Assembly (NCBI GenBank): GCA_964016885.1 | Contig: OZ024742.1 | Coordinates: 99,386,001 to 99,450,000, forward strand | Reading direction: 5' to 3' | Length of the DNA: 64,000 nt | From: Eledone cirrhosa | Taxonomy: Eukaryota | Shown here: piece after piece, positions 15,224 to 30,880 of the stretch | Layout of the letters: each line of letters begins with the position of its first letter | Numbering within the stretch: the stretch's first letter is position 1 | Made by a program: the position numbers and the translations under genes | Notes under the pieces: generated by a model | The model's database searches: none | Told to the model about the DNA's origin: nothing | The model's input: only the letters and a program-made list of their open reading frames with translations

Positions 15224-15345
15224 AAGGCGCATGTCTGAGTGGTTAGAGAATTGGATCCGCAATCGTGAGGTTGTGAATTCGATTCCGGGACCGGGTGATG
15301 CGGTATGTCCTTGAGCAAGACACTTTATTTCACGTTGCTCTTTCT
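15224..15345 (+). mobile_element. tRNA-derived SINE, family 2 (old)
   Basis: AGTGGTTAG A-box-like, GAATTCGATTCC B-box-like, then GTCCTTGAGCAAGACACTT; diverged relatives near 52255-52560 (+) and 31800-32100 (-). Confidence 0.65.
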
Positions 15346-15795
15346 ACCTGGAATTGATAGATAGTATTAGCAATTGGAAAGACTAACGGAAACATTGTTT
15401 CCTCGGTCCGATTTGACTAAAAGTCGATCGACTGTCGAATATGACCCCAGAATTATATTGTCACGCTCCAACTTGACGAAAAGTGCCCAAGAGCAAACGA
15501 TAAATATAGTTTTGGAGATTTAGTTTCTATAAAATTGACTCAGATTCGTCAAAGGTAATTCGAGTTTCAAATTATGAATTTCATTAATCTAAAAATTATG
15601 ACCTTGGCTGGTAATGTGGATACGGTAATATTGATATTTAGCGTAAGTATAACGGTTTGCATTTTTCATTGTGTCTGTGCTTAATTCTCAAATGGAACAA
15701 ACTCCCTAAGATTAACTTACTGGTACCAAAGAATATTTGCGATGTGGTGCTACAGGTAATAAGAATATAATTTCATCGTCGAGATAGAAATAATC

Positions 15796-15865
<70 letters not shown>

Positions 15866-16431
15866 AGATAAATATAAAATCGTTATACCAAACCAATGCA
15901 TTTATTCTACAGCTGGTGGAATTTCAGAGGTGGGTCTTGGACGCTTTAAATCTAGAAGAGCTCATCTCCTCTCCAGGTCTGAGAACAGTCGATTCCTTCC
16001 ACAGAGAAAGACCGAGTGTGTGTGATGTGTTATATATAAATATTCTGCATGTTAATTTGACGCTCTAACCACTGTAATGATTAGCCGCATATCTACATAC
16101 ACTCTCCCTTTCTAGCCGGTAAATGCTTGAATGCATTTTCATCTTAGGATCACTTAATTGGGGCGGAACAGTTATTCAACAAAAATTATAAAAAATAACG
16201 CAATTTTAAGAAAACGTTTAGGTCAACGCGATGTTATTTCAGAAGACACTCTGAGAAACAAAATGTCTTTAAGAACGAACTGTTACAACTCTTTATTTCT
16301 ATCCAATCTGCTAACTAATTGGCCACATCTGCTTCCAATAAGAACATACAATAATTGTGTCTGTCATAGCGAGGCTTTCCATAAGATTTTTGTATATAAT
16401 TATTTAGTATGTTTTCATGTACACCATTATA

Positions 16432-16597
<166 letters not shown>

Positions 16598-16852
16598 ATG
16601 TGTGTGAGAGAGAAAGAGTGTGTATATGTGTGAGTGTGTGTTAGGTTATATTGAAGTTTACCAATATATATTCTGGTAAAGATTATAGAAGCTCAATGCT
16701 AGTCAGTATCTTTAGTCAATCGGTAACCTAAAAAGGCTCAATGAGTGTTCAACCTCTGTAGATTAAGTTATAGACTGTTATGGTACAAACTACACAGCTC
16801 AAAATTTAATAAATTAAGAGTGAATAACTAATTTAGAGTTATAACATCATTT

Positions 16853-16941
16853 TACTCTACGTACGTTTCAATATATAACAGCGGGCCATACCTCAATATA
16901 TATTGGGTATTAATCTGATGGTCTACATATCTTCAGTAATA
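16853..16941 (-). ncRNA. Hammerhead motif (family C) with long stem II and imperfect stem I
   Basis: Minus strand: TATTA CTGAAGA [long hairpin] GAAAC gtac GTA GAGTA; palindromic stem III ACGTACGT. Confidence 0.55.
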
Positions 16942-17100
16942 CAAATATTGCCATAAGCACCAAAAAGAAAATACGCAAAAAGTAACTTCATATTACAGAT
17001 TAGACTCATATCATACTAAACAGCAGCAATAGTAGTATGACTATGACTACAAATAAATAGCACTGTTTTCAAACCCAGTGAACTAAACATAATAATAGTA

Positions 17101-17290
17101 ATAATTGTTTCTACTTTTGGCACAAGGCCAGCAATTACGAAGTACATTACTAGTATTTTATTTCATCGACCCCGTAAGTATGAAAGGTAAAGTTAACCTT
17201 GGCGGGATTTGAACTCAGACCATAAAGGGCCGTAACTCTTTGTTGCAAAGCATGGCGTCCGACTCTCTACTGATACTGCCAATCCACCGC
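17101..17290 (-). mobile_element. SINE family 1
   Basis: Full-length match to the other copies. Confidence 0.85.
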
Positions 17291-17329
17291 TGTATAATAA
17301 TGATGGTGAAGATGAAGACGACGATGATG

Positions 17330-17574
17330 ATGATCATGATGACGTTGATGATGATGATGTAATAATAATGAAGAAGAGCATTGGGTTCATTATCATCAAC
17401 ATTATCATCACCATCACCACAATCATCATTATCATCACCTCTATCATCAGCATCGCTATAATCACTATCAGCACCGGTAACATGATTACCATAATCTATA
17501 TTATTATGTCCGTTATTATTATAAGTGTCACTGCAACATCAGCTGAGCAATCACTAGCAACATTATCAAATCAC

Positions 17575-17606
<32 letters not shown>

Positions 17607-17702
17607 ACCACAAAATCACCATCGCCACCGTCAGCAAAATCATCATCCTCATTCTGATTATCGTCCTCATCCTTATCATCATCATCATCATCGTCATCAT
17701 TG

Positions 17703-17743
<41 letters not shown>

Positions 17744-17744
17744 G

Positions 17745-17776
<32 letters not shown>

Positions 17777-17930
17777 TTAATCATCATCATCATCATCATC
17801 ATCACTAATATCAAAACTATCACTATCATCATTCACATCATCATCATCTAATCTCCCTCATCACCACTACTATTCTCTTCATTATCATTATCATCATCGG
17901 CTACTCTGCTATCATTATTATCGCTAGTAA
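17330..17930. repeat. (CAT)n trinucleotide low-complexity tract
   Basis: Long CAT/ATC runs; source of the poly-His and poly-Met ORFs. Confidence 0.9.
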
Positions 17931-19395
17931 AGGTATCATCACGGTAGTCCCCCCACAATTATCAATGTTACATCCGGGTTTTGTTTAACAGCACCGTATT
18001 CAAATACTATTCAAATGATAAATCTTCAGCATTGAAAAGAAAACTACACAAATAAATATAATTGAAGCAAAAGAAAAATGAAAAAAAAAATTAATTAAAA
18101 TCAAGGGAAAAAATGCAGGAAAATGTATAGAAAAATATTAAATGATGAAAATATGAGAAAAATATCAAAAATTAATTCCTCCCCCGTCGTATCCATCGTC
18201 AGTACCACAATCACCACACCAGCCACCATCATCACCACTCATACAACCATTACCGCCTCACGATCATCATCACAAAACACAACAATCGTCACTAATACCA
18301 TCTCCATCAACATCTCCGGCACAAATATCGCCGTCAGGACCACCAACAACTACACAACGACACAACTACCCCCACCAAACCAAGATCATCACTACCATTA
18401 CTACTATATCACCCATACATTCCACTTATACCTCCTCCAATACCTAAACTAATATCTCCACCACGACTACCACTACTACCACCACAACCACTACCAACAG
18501 CCCCACTATCACAAACACTACTATATCAACCATCATCACCCTCCATTAACAGACACACCACACCATAGCACCACTACCACAGCAATAACTACCACCCTCA
18601 CTACCAATTGCGCTATCTAATAATACTTCTTTCACCAAAGAAACCAAAACAATTAGATAAAACAAAAAGCCGAATGTTAACAACCGAATGATGAAAATAA
18701 ACACATACAATGAGATCACACGGATATATTAAAATATCAATAAATAAATAAAAACCAAAGAGAACCCACTAAAATATTAAAATATTAAAATGTTGAATAT
18801 TGAAACTGATGCCAAGTTGATTATAAAATGTTCCAGATTAAAGATGGAAATGTTGCCTTCACAATGACCAACTTCTCTTTCTTTCCATATTTTTTTACAA
18901 CTGTTATTTTTGTCGTGTGGTCTGTTCGTATTTTGTGTTTAGTATTTCCATTTTCTATTTTTCTAATGTTGTTGTTGTTGTGCTGCTTATTTTTGTATTT
19001 AGATTTTTGTAATTTTGCGTTTCTTTTTTTTTAAATTATTTTTAAGATAAGGGCTTGAAATAATTGCTGACCCTCGACAAGATATGAACTCACAAATATT
19101 AGGCGCCGAAAAACATCTCATGTGACTTGGCTTTATCACATACTTTTATTCATTTTATTTTACTATCAATAGAACCATTGGTATTGTGATATATGCCTGT
19201 CTCTGTATCTCTCTCCCCCTCTCTCTTTTTCTCTTCCTCCCGCTTTCTCTCTCTCTCTACATATATATATGTATATATATATATACAGCTATATATATAT
19301 GTATATGTGTGTCTGTGTCTGTGTTTGTGTATGTATGCATGTATCTATGTATCTATGCATATACATTGCATCCATATTTATATATATACATACAT

Positions 19396-19426
<31 letters not shown>

Positions 19427-19497
19427 ATGAAAAAATGGAGTTAAAGACTCGCGTTAATTGAAAAAATACCTCTTTTTGTGTTTTTTTTTCTATATAT

Positions 19498-19567
19498 ACG
19501 GGGTCGATAAAATAAAGTTCCAGTAATGTACTGGTAATTGCTGGCCTTGTGCCAAAGATAGAAACAA

Positions 19568-19571
<4 letters not shown>
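19498..19571 (+). mobile_element. SINE family 1, 5'-truncated
   Basis: ACGGGGTCGATAAAATAAAG...GGCCTTGTGCC..AGAAACAATTA. Confidence 0.8.
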
Positions 19572-19656
<85 letters not shown>

Positions 19657-20492
19657 GAGTAGTGAGAGACAGGGGAGAGATGGGCAGAGAAACCTTTGGG
19701 CATAATCGTTGCAATCTTCAATAGAATTCTTCACGGTATTCGCCCCGGTTCTCTGCGCTCTGAGTTCAAATCACGCCTAGGACAATCTCATTTTTCATCT
19801 TTTGCGGTCGATAACCAAAGAACCATTCTTTATCTCTTTTTCCGTTCCTTTCTCTCTTAGGCGCTCTCTCTCTCTCTCTATCTCTCTGTCTTTCTGCGAA
19901 AGAAATCGGCGAGGTTGAGACTTGGAGAGTGTTGGGCGCGCCCGGGTTTAAATTATTAACGCATGTCGTATACATGTACGGTGTAATAAAGAATCTCTAT
20001 ATATAAACAAAGTATATATAAATAATGTATATATATATAAATATACATTTTCTTTTAATTAGAAAGTGAACAACACAAAATATAACTACTCCATTACCAA
20101 AGGTTTCTGGATTACAGACGATAATAATATACGTCTGGATCGGTCGTCAGACAGAGATGTTATAGATAAAAGATATATATATCTTTTAGGGACATAATCA
20201 CGGTAAGAGTGTATGCATTTCTTCTAACTTTAAATTTATACCCAATTGTGTATGGTTGACGGTATATTTAGTCGATTTTTACATGCTGTTGAAATGTTGG
20301 GTAAATATTCTATTGCGGTCGGCCGCGAAGAGGCTGCGAAGAGGCTGCTTTCGTTTATTTATCAAATATTTCTTCATAGCAGCCTTTATTCTCATAGCCT
20401 GGTCTAATTGATTTTTTATGTGGTTAATTATGCTAATTGGGAGAGGAAATAGTGTATATATTTTATCAAATGATTCTATGGGCAATATTTAT

Positions 20493-20550
<58 letters not shown>

Positions 20551-20551
<1 letters not shown>

Positions 20552-20915
20552 TGCCCAACGAAGGGCCTAGTATATAAATGTGTGGTTAACACGCACAACA
20601 CCAAGTGCACTTACATCGGCGCAACATCCACGATCTTTAAATCGAGGATGTATAATCACACAAACTCTTTCAAGGACCGGGGCAAGAGACACTCCACTAG
20701 GTTGGCGGACCTAATATGGGACTTGAAAGACAACCGCACTCCGTATGATCTCAACTGGAGTATCGTTCAACATGCAAATGCATATTCCGCTGTTAACAGG
20801 AAGTGTAGGCTATCACTATCCAAGGCCATGGAGATAGTCAGATTGAAGGATGATGCGGTAACCTGAAATCGGAGATTATCATGACGTGCAGACACCAGAG
20901 GAAGTGCACATTCTC
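20551..20915 (+). pseudogene. Penelope-like element GIY-YIG endonuclease fragment
   Basis: GLVYKC...TYIGATSTIFKSRMYNHTNSF...STRLADLIWDLK...LNWSIV...CRL; 5'-truncated directly against (TA)n. Confidence 0.9.
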
Positions 20916-21920
20916 CGCATGGACGCAACCGGACAGCCCAAGCTAAAGGCATGCGGGGAGGCGGACGCCGGTCCGAGCGTCGGCGCGGGTCCAAGGGATC
21001 AGACACCATACCTTGTTGACTATGTATGCCCTGTGGGGTAAGTCGACGCAACCTATGCTGCCTATCAGACTCGGCACGTCATCCTAGGCAACAACATCGC
21101 ATGAGCCGGGACACGGTGGATCAACCTCCACGGATATTCAGTCCCGTACCATACATCAATAAGGCACTCTATCTCACCCAAAGTGACATGCTCCATTATA
21201 GCCTGCTCACGCACTCCCAACATGTGTATCTTTTCAGTGGTCTGTACATCTTCTCCACGCACTCCATTACGTAACACCCCATGTATTTTTCCATGTACAA
21301 ACCAATGTGTATCTTTGTATACTTTTCTTATATAATTCAGATGTATGTATTTTTTAAAATATATTCTGCATACATTTTGTTTGTAAATCCTGCATGCATT
21401 TTCTATATACAGTCTGGGCATACCCTTTACATTAATACCACGTGTAGCCTTGCTTGAGGTGTCTATATTGAGCCTCCCCATATGTAGCCTTGCTTGAGGT
21501 GTCTATACGTGGATTAACCCACGTTGACAACATAATATCAACTCTGTCAGCATGTACACCAAGGTGCATTTTTGCATGTACAGCCCAATGTGCATTTTTA
21601 TATGCTTTTCTTACATGTATTTTTTGCATGTATTTTTATGTCTGTGTAGATGTGTGTATATACATATATACATATGTGTAAGAATATATGTGCGAGCCTG
21701 TGTATTTGTGTATGCACACGTGAAGGGGGGAAAATATATAAGGGTATGTGTGTATATATTTGTATATATATATGTGTGTGTGTGTGTATGTATGTATATG
21801 TATACATGTGTGAAGACGTGTGTGTGGGCGTGTGGGTGGGCGTGTATATATAAATATGTAAGGGTATGTGTGTATGTATGCATATATATGTCCAGCTGTG
21901 CATATGTGTGTATGTAAGTG

Positions 21921-22007
<87 letters not shown>

Positions 22008-24575
22008 GCGTGAATGTGTATGTATATGTACGGATGCGTACGTGTGTGTGTGCATGTATATATACGGGTGCGTCTATGTGTGTGTGTCTGTGTATATGCG
22101 TGCGTATATACACGCGCGCGCGCGTGTGTGTGTGCTTCTCTGTGTGCATGTATGCGTATATTTGTGTGACTATTTATGTGTATGTGTACACATGGATATG
22201 TATGTATGCTTCTTGGCGTGCATGTGTGAACGCAAGCACACAAGCTACTCTGTATATATCTGTCAGTATCTGTGTGTGTGTGTGTGTGTTCGAGTGGGAG
22301 TGTGAGCTGACAAATAACAGTAACTTTCCCGACGGGACAGTGGGTGAGTAACAGCTCACGCCCTAACGGTCAGCGGGCAGCTACAAGTGGTCAGAATAAT
22401 GATGACGTCACTAACAAGTGACCAACCCAAGGACACGCAAAGCGGATGAAGGTGGACGATATAGGCTTGTAGGGCCAGAAACGCCAGAAAGAGGATATGC
22501 TCCGAAATCAATAGACGTGTCCGAGAAACCTGCGAGTCTAGAGTCAGATCAATCCACACACGGATCGCACCTCGAGCTGTTCGCCGGGGAAAATATTGTA
22601 ACTCACAATAAATTGAGTTCCGATGCATCACTGATTTTTCTTTTTTCCTTTATATATATATATTTATATATATATATATATATAACGAAGGAAGTGTGGT
22701 AAGGAACCAGGTGGACCATATATATATATATATATAGTACACACATATATATGTGTGTGTGGGGGGGGGGGGTATGTGCATGGATGTATGCGTGTGTGGG
22801 TCCTTGTATGTGTGTGTGTGTGCTTGTGTGTTTCTGTGTGAGAAAACTGCACCTTCGATTATTATAAACAAAAAATTCAGGCAAGTATTTAAATAGCCGT
22901 TCTGTCCATCTGAACAACTGTTAAAACATTTTTATAAGATTCATTTCACTTTAATGGCTTTAAAATATATTTGATATACTATAAACGGGGTAAATGATTA
23001 GTTAAATTCCTTAAAATCACTGCATCTTATTTGTCCTAGAAGAGAAATTATAGATACGAGGCACATGATGAAGAGTTCGCTGATTCAGGGTACTTCTGTA
23101 AATGACAGTGTAAACAAACCCCTGGTTACGTATTTCAATGTGATTGTTTAAATGATATACATGGCTTCTAATGGGATCACATTTAGGTTAAAATATTGTC
23201 GAAATATATATTCATTTTTTTTTTCAATTTACAGGGAAATACATATATTTGACATATCTGCATCTCTCTATATTAAATTTGTGTACACCTTTATGCAGTA
23301 TCAGTTACTTCTATACTGTTTTTATTGAGATATCTACCACATAATGATATAATGGCATCCTAAAAGAGACGTGGATGGGCTATATTGACATACGATATTT
23401 CTTGGGCAATTTAAAACCTGGTGGAGTCCATCCCTCTCCAAATCTGAAACAGCAGATATCTTCCAAAGAAGGATAGATAGTGAAAGAGGGGAAGTGAGAA
23501 AAAGTCATGGAGGAAGAATTGATCCCTGTACTAGACCGGTACTTTTGTTATCGACTTCGAACGGAGGAAAGGAAAAGTTGACCTCGGTAGGATTTGGGCT
23601 CAGAGAGTCGAAACGAATACAGCAAAGCATTCCATCCGACGTACTAACGACTCTGTCAATTCGCCGCCTTACAATGATATAATAGCTATATATACTGATA
23701 TTATCTACCACATATTGATATCATTTAGAGTCATATACTATACTAGCATTACAAAATGTATATAATTCACCATTTTATACACAGGTTATATATACCACGG
23801 AGCGATATGATACTTCGTTGTAAACAAAAACAAAGCTACATTGAATTTAGGTATCTTGATGGTGGATATAATCACAGGGTACACACACATATGTACATGA
23901 TGATTTAGTGCAAATTAAATTACTGTTCCTTTTCTTTTTTAGTTGCAGGCATAGCTATGAAAGGAATGAACACTAACATATGCACACTTTCAAGCATTCC
24001 GCCATACCCATAAACATATACTCATTTCTCCATGTCAGACGTTATTATGTGTTCATCAGCTAATGGATTTAATTTAATTACATTAGCTATATCTACCTTT
24101 GTTTTAGCCTAAACCTTCAAACATATTAAGTGATAAATAAATAAAAATTGGCAAATAATTGCTTTTGTCTGGGCATACCTTTTTTATTTTATTTTATATC
24201 TACCTAATATACTGTATTTTAAAGTTTTTCCCAATAATATTTTTGTTTTGTTTTGTGTGTATGTATGCGATACATGGATATATTTTAAATCGTCATTTGA
24301 AAGTTATTGTATATATTTAGAGGAGGTAAATGGTTAGATTATTGGACATGTTCATATGTGCGTGGGTTTGATTCGCAGCCAAAGTTAGGGATATTTCTCA
24401 TAACAAAAGGTTTCATTTTTTAGTTAAACGAGATGAAAAGGAGAACCAACAGCCACCGCTAATGAGAGGCGAGAGCTTTCCATGAAACGCGCTTATTCCA
24501 CACTCAGGATTGAGCGCTAGTGCGTTACACAGGCAATCCCATTCGTCCAGTTGCTGCAGCGGATGATGGTACTTA

Positions 24576-24638
<63 letters not shown>

Positions 24639-24815
24639 GCATACGCACACGCATAATATGTAGATTACTCTGTTGTCTCGGGGCTAACCACAGTTAACAA
24701 TGGTACACAGTACAGTCATCTTTATTTTATATACAGAAATGACTTCTAGAGGACTAGAAATATTTCATTCGAACGAAATAGTTCTAGTTCTGTACACACA
24801 CATATATATATATAT

Positions 24816-25303
<488 letters not shown>

Positions 25304-25314
<11 letters not shown>

Positions 25315-25375
25315 TTCAATAAGAGATAGATCGATCGTGTAGCCATGATCGATTATCACTGATCTCGTCAGGTGA
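25304..25375 (-). ncRNA. Type I hammerhead motif (family D)
   Basis: Minus strand: TCAC CTGACGA [gatcag..ATCGATC..GATCGAT..att] GAAAC gt GTC GTGA; a core-mutated inverted copy lies at 27299-27372. Confidence 0.75.
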
Positions 25376-26691
25376 AAATGAATTGTCTTCAAATCCTTTA
25401 TATGCGGGAGAAAATTAACGATATTCACTCACAGAGTTTATTTCCTCATATGAAGATCAAGCAGTCAAAACACGGCGACTACTATCGTCTTCAGTTAGGG
25501 TCATAAAACTATCCAGTCTCTATCTCCCAATAGCTGTAAAAGACGCTGGACATCAATCAAATCTGTAGAATTACAGTCGGTCACAGTTGATGTGAGTGGG
25601 TACACACACACTCACACACACCGACGCGAGGTCAAAGAAAAAATATATACATATACCAACATAGTATTCACCTAAAGTTAGTTTACAAAACAACAAATGT
25701 CATATTGGTCAAATCTCAATTTGACGATGTAAATTGGAAAAATTGGGTCAACCGCAACCCTATACACACGCAAGTAAGTTCAATTCAATGTTCTGCTATA
25801 CGTGTATAGATTGAATTGTAACATCCGTATCTCCAAATAGTGTATGTATTGGTATATACACATCCGTATCGTCCAAAAAAGTGTATGTTTTGGTATATAC
25901 ACATCCATGTGAAGAGTAAGTAGTCAGCTATTATCGAATTCAGTATGTGCCGTTGTCGCATTGAGAATCTGAGTCCCCAAATCTGTGCGTGCGAGCAACC
26001 GCTATGTAGGCCACCAAGGGGCTCTGTGTAGAGTTGGGTATTTGGGTTAAGGTGTCAATATGTGCGTTTTCCCGTCATATGGGCCCTTGGGCTTTTAAGA
26101 TAGGTGTTTGAGTGGTGGAGGTGTGTTATCCAACACAAAAATAAAAATAAAATAAAATAAAATAACAAATAATAGCAAAACCCAGAGGATGTGTGTAGGA
26201 GCATTAATGGTGTGTAAGTATTATTTTCCAATCTGTAACCGTGAGCACTCCATGGTTATATGATCACGGATCAAAACCTAGTGTAGTGTTCAATCGATAG
26301 GAACCTGACCAGTCATAACTGTGGGAACTCCGTGTCTAAAGAAACGGGGTACTGTGTGTAGAGTTATGTATAGAGAGCGTAATCGGTCTTAACTGAGTGT
26401 GTAATACGTCTAGCTATATCCTAACCTAAAGAACTCAATGGTTAGGGTATCCTAAAGTAATGGTGAATACGCGTAATCGTTCTTACCTGATTGTGTAATC
26501 ATTCTAACTATTTACTAATTAGGTATTCTAATGTGCACCCAGCTGTGAGAACTCTGTGGTAACAGACCGAGTACCGTTTGTAAGTGCGCAAACAATCTTA
26601 GCTGTCTAACTACCTGAATGTGTGATTGTCTGTTTTTTGCTAATTAAGAGAACTCTATAGCTAAGGTAGAGAAGGAGGAGTTAGTGGTAGG

Positions 26692-27120
26692 TTATTTTCC
26701 AAAAATCCTGCGGAAAGTTTTCGAGGTTCTATGTTGGCAATTGCTGAAAAAATCCGCTCTCCTATTGATTAATAGGGGGCCGCCACTAATAATGTTAAAA
26801 GTTTCAGCTATACATAAATTACAGACGCCCGTGCTGCCGTTATATGGCTGGGCTGAGCAAATTATGGACCAGGATAAGGAGTGCTCTAGATTCTGTTGTT
26901 TAAGCTTCCAGACTAATTTAGAAAGCGCCGTGCTATTTTTTAAATCTAATCTATTAAAGGTATCGCGGTGATTATACCCTCTATCCTTAAATTCAGGGGC
27001 AGTTGCCCCAACATACCTGAAGGTTCTATCTAAAGTGGAGACCTTACAGTCGTAGACAATGCTTTTGGTGAGGCATTTCCCAGCCATGGGGCAAGTGGCG
27101 GTGATCCTGCAATTACATTT
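26692..27120 (-). pseudogene. Penelope-like GIY-YIG endonuclease domain
   Basis: CLTKSIVYDC...YVGAT...FKDRGYNHRDTF...STALSKLVWKLK...WSII...CNLC...FSNCQH. Confidence 0.9.
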
Positions 27121-27416
27121 TATGTTATCGACCTGGGTAGTTCAAGAGGAACCACGGTACCTCTGCGGTCGGGTCTCAGTTCTTGTCTGCTCTATGGGTA
27201 CGTTCGCAGGTGTTGGAGTGACCCGACTCGCCTCACGTGTATGAGTCCGTTCATCCATAGAGCTGCCATTAGTTCAAGGATTTGAAGACAATTCATTTTC
27301 ACGTGACGAGATCAGTGATAATCGATCATGGCTACACGATCGATCTATCTCTTATTAAAACATGTGTCATGATTAAAATGATTGGAAATTTATACCATGC
27401 CTTCGGATCTTTATTT

Positions 27417-27477
<61 letters not shown>

Positions 27478-27479
27478 TG

Positions 27480-28047
27480 TATAACTTTGAGAAATTTCGG
27501 TCTGTATTAGCCCACACCATCTAAGTTAGTAGCAACACCTAAAGAGTCTTGAATACCATGGCCCACCCAAGTACAGAATTATTGTTGTTGGAGACATATC
27601 CGGAAATTCTTCGAGAGATTTGTCCAAAGACATTTAGAATGTTATGGGATATGTTTCAGTTTTTATGTGTTTTCATGTGATATTATAGGGAGCAGGACCA
27701 GTTGAGGTGAAATAATAGTACCGCAATGTTGTTATGAGATGTGAGCTTGATTTTTCTCGTTAGTGAATAGCATGGGTTCCAATTCTTAGGTATATTTTGA
27801 TGGCAGCATCATATAGGCAATTTTGATGGGATATTTGCTACATCATGCAGATAATGTAGCGATCAAGGCGGCGTTGAAGAGAATAGAGTTTGAGCTTTTC
27901 TAATCGACCCCTGTAGTCGAGGCCTTTCATTTTTTTTGCGATTGATCTTTGAGGTGCTTCAATTTTCAGAATAGTTCGTTTCATGTGGAGAGATGACATT
28001 AAGCAACAGTATTCAAAATGGGGGCGGGCAAGACTAGAGAAGAGCAG
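27480..28047 (-). mobile_element. CR1/L2-like LINE 3' fragment
   Basis: LFSSLARPHFEYC...KIEAPQRS...GLDYRGRLEKLKLYSLQRRLDR is typical of the CR1-group RT C-terminus. Confidence 0.8.
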
Positions 28048-28075
28048 GCTACATATATATAATATATGTAAATGC

Positions 28076-28139
<64 letters not shown>

Positions 28140-28201
28140 AAAAGAGATGAAATCGAAAATGCAACTGGAGTCTTTTTTTTTTTAAATATGTTTATTTGGT
28201 T

Positions 28202-28239
28202 CCTTTACCGGTTTCGCAGTTCTTGTGCTTTTCAAAAGT
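28202..28239 (-). ncRNA. Hammerhead motif with U3-A8 core (family E)
   Basis: Minus strand: CTT TTGAAAA GCA caagaac TGC GAAAC cg GTA AAG; lies in a module with inverted ends (28136-28206 and 28416-28484). Confidence 0.65.
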
Positions 28240-29177
28240 AGAATTGAGTTGGAGGGATTGCGGTTTTTCTCGCATCTGATTGGTGTTCGAATGTTACTTC
28301 TGTTTTATATGGAAAAAGTGGCTCGAAATGTTAGGTTTTTAGAAAAGTAATTTGGTTGGTTGATGAATGTCATGTGAATAAGTATAATAAATTTCGTGCG
28401 AAATATATTATACTTAAAGGAACCAAATAAGTATATTTAAAAAAAAAAAACTGCAGTTGCATTTTCGATTTCATCTTTTTTCCTCATACTTTCACTCGTG
28501 TAGGATACCTCGTTGTTTTCCATTTTGTAAAAAAAATATCACTTTCTAATATATATATGTGAGTGTGTGTATGTATAAAGAGAGAGATAGATAGATGGAA
28601 AGATACTGAGTTAAAATATAGGTGTATGCTCTTCTGTGTTTTGCAATATGTTCAATAGACCTTGTGAATGTCAATATTTTTAGTCATTACTTGTCCCAAC
28701 TTGTGTGCTTGCATGTGTGTGTGTGCGTATTCCTAGAGCAATGCGCTCACTTGGGACAGGATGCATGTATGTTTATATGTATAGTAACACAATTTGTTTT
28801 TGTTGTTATTTCTTGTAGTGGTGGTCGTTGTGATGTTCTAGTTTTTTGAAAATATTCCTATAGTTTGAGAGACAACAATTTTGAAATTTTATCATTTCAG
28901 TTATTATCATTCCCTGAATCATATCATCATCGACATCATTATCATCATCATCATTATTATCGTCCTCATCCTCCTCATCAATATCGTCATCATTATAATG
29001 ACTGAGATATTCATCATCACACCCATAACCACAAGCATCATCATAATCGTCACCGTAATCATCATCATTCTAATGATCAACATCACCACATTTACCACCA
29101 TCATAAACGATATAATCAGCCCCACCACCATCATCAAATTCATTTTTATCATCATCATCATCTTCACCATCATTATC

Positions 29178-29226
<49 letters not shown>

Positions 29227-29532
29227 TTATTCAGATAAAAAGATGGAAAAAAGTAATACTATTATTATGAAAATGTCCCCGTTTATGAAATTAAAAGATT
29301 AAACAAACAAAACAAGACCCGCCATATTAAACAGAAGCAGCAAGGCAATATATTAAAATGGTGGAAGACAATCAATGTGAGAGACGGAAGCGGGGTTTCT
29401 TAAAAATAGTCTTTGCTTCATGAGAGATTGTCAATTGAGATAATAGTGAAATGGTGTGTCATATTCCTCTGTTGGAGAGAGAGCGGGGAGAAAGAAAGAG
29501 AGAGCGACAGTGAGAGATAGACAGAGCAGGAC

Positions 29533-29588
<56 letters not shown>

Positions 29589-30880
29589 AGAAAAAAGACA
29601 GTTAAAATAACAGATTATTGGGAGAGAGAGACAGAGGGGTAACAAGTGAGACAGGGTATTGTGAAAGGGAGAGAGACCGGGAAAGGAAGAGGGAGAAAGA
29701 TAGAGAGGGAGCAATTGAGCGGAAGGTGAAGAGGGACAGAGATGGGGAAGTATGTGGGAGTATGAGAAGGATAGAGGAGAAACGAGAGTAAGACGCGGAG
29801 TGGACACGAGTGCGAGTCTATGTATGTGTGATAATATGAGTCTGTGTAAGCGTATGCATGTGAATGTGAATTTTGTGTATGCTTATACGTATGTGTTGGT
29901 GAACGTGTGTGTTCTGCCCCTCACATTGCGTGTCTGGCGTAAGGTTTCTGCAAAATGTTTAATAAAACATAAATACGTAGGTTTAGTTTCTGCCTGAAAA
30001 AAATAAACGCCTTCTTTATATGTAAAAGCTCAATAGTAACAAAACAAATGGAAAGAAGGGGCTCTTAACTCTGGCTGGATTTGTAAGCTTGAGGACTTAG
30101 CAATTTTATATCTGGTGGAGCCATCCTTCAACAGGTTATGCAGCCTTACTTTGTAGAGAAAGATAGAGAATAAAAAGCGATGAAAAGTGACAGAGAAAGA
30201 ATCGACTCCAGTAGTTGACATGTACTTTATTTACCAATCAAGAAACGATGAAAGACAAAGCTGACTACATTTGGATTTGAACCACAAGGGCAGAGCGAAT
30301 AGAGAGAAACATTCTACCCGAGATCCTAGCATCTCTCCCAATGAAATCTGTGTTGTTATACAACCTGTGATAAGAAATATTTTTTGACTGCATATAGCTT
30401 GCCCGGAGCTATCCTCACTTCTTGACCAAAGAAGGTTGCATTCATGTGACACATAAATTGACCAGACCAAAACTACTTGCACCCGAGGCTTTTTTTTTTC
30501 AGAGATGACTGTCACTTAGATAAAAAATACACACACATACACAGATACACACACATACGTACACACTTACACACATATATAAATATGTTAAAAGGTAAAA
30601 GATAAAAGGAAGATTAAAATGTTAAAAAGTAAAAGTTTAAAAAAGATACATATAAAATATATATAAAATTATATACATATGTGCATGCGTTATTAGTCGG
30701 CCGTTGACTCTCCTGAGTTCTTCCGGCCTTTGTCAGGTTTTGGCTTTCATCCCGCAGGGTGTCCAAATCAGCCTCCTCACCAAATAAGATTGGTGAGGTT
30801 GCCGGTTTAATCGACACAACCATGCAACAGAGTGTTCTGGATTATATGTTACCAGTCACGCACAAGGCGACCTGAAATCA

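Noticed and set aside
17368-17832. Poly-His and poly-Met ORFs
   Set aside because: Translations of a (CAT)n tract; no splice or domain support
22481-22518. CAGAAAGA GGA tatgc TCC GAAAT ca ATA downstream of the 20.5-kb GIY-YIG fragment
   Set aside because: Position fits a pLTR HHR, but the core is too altered to call
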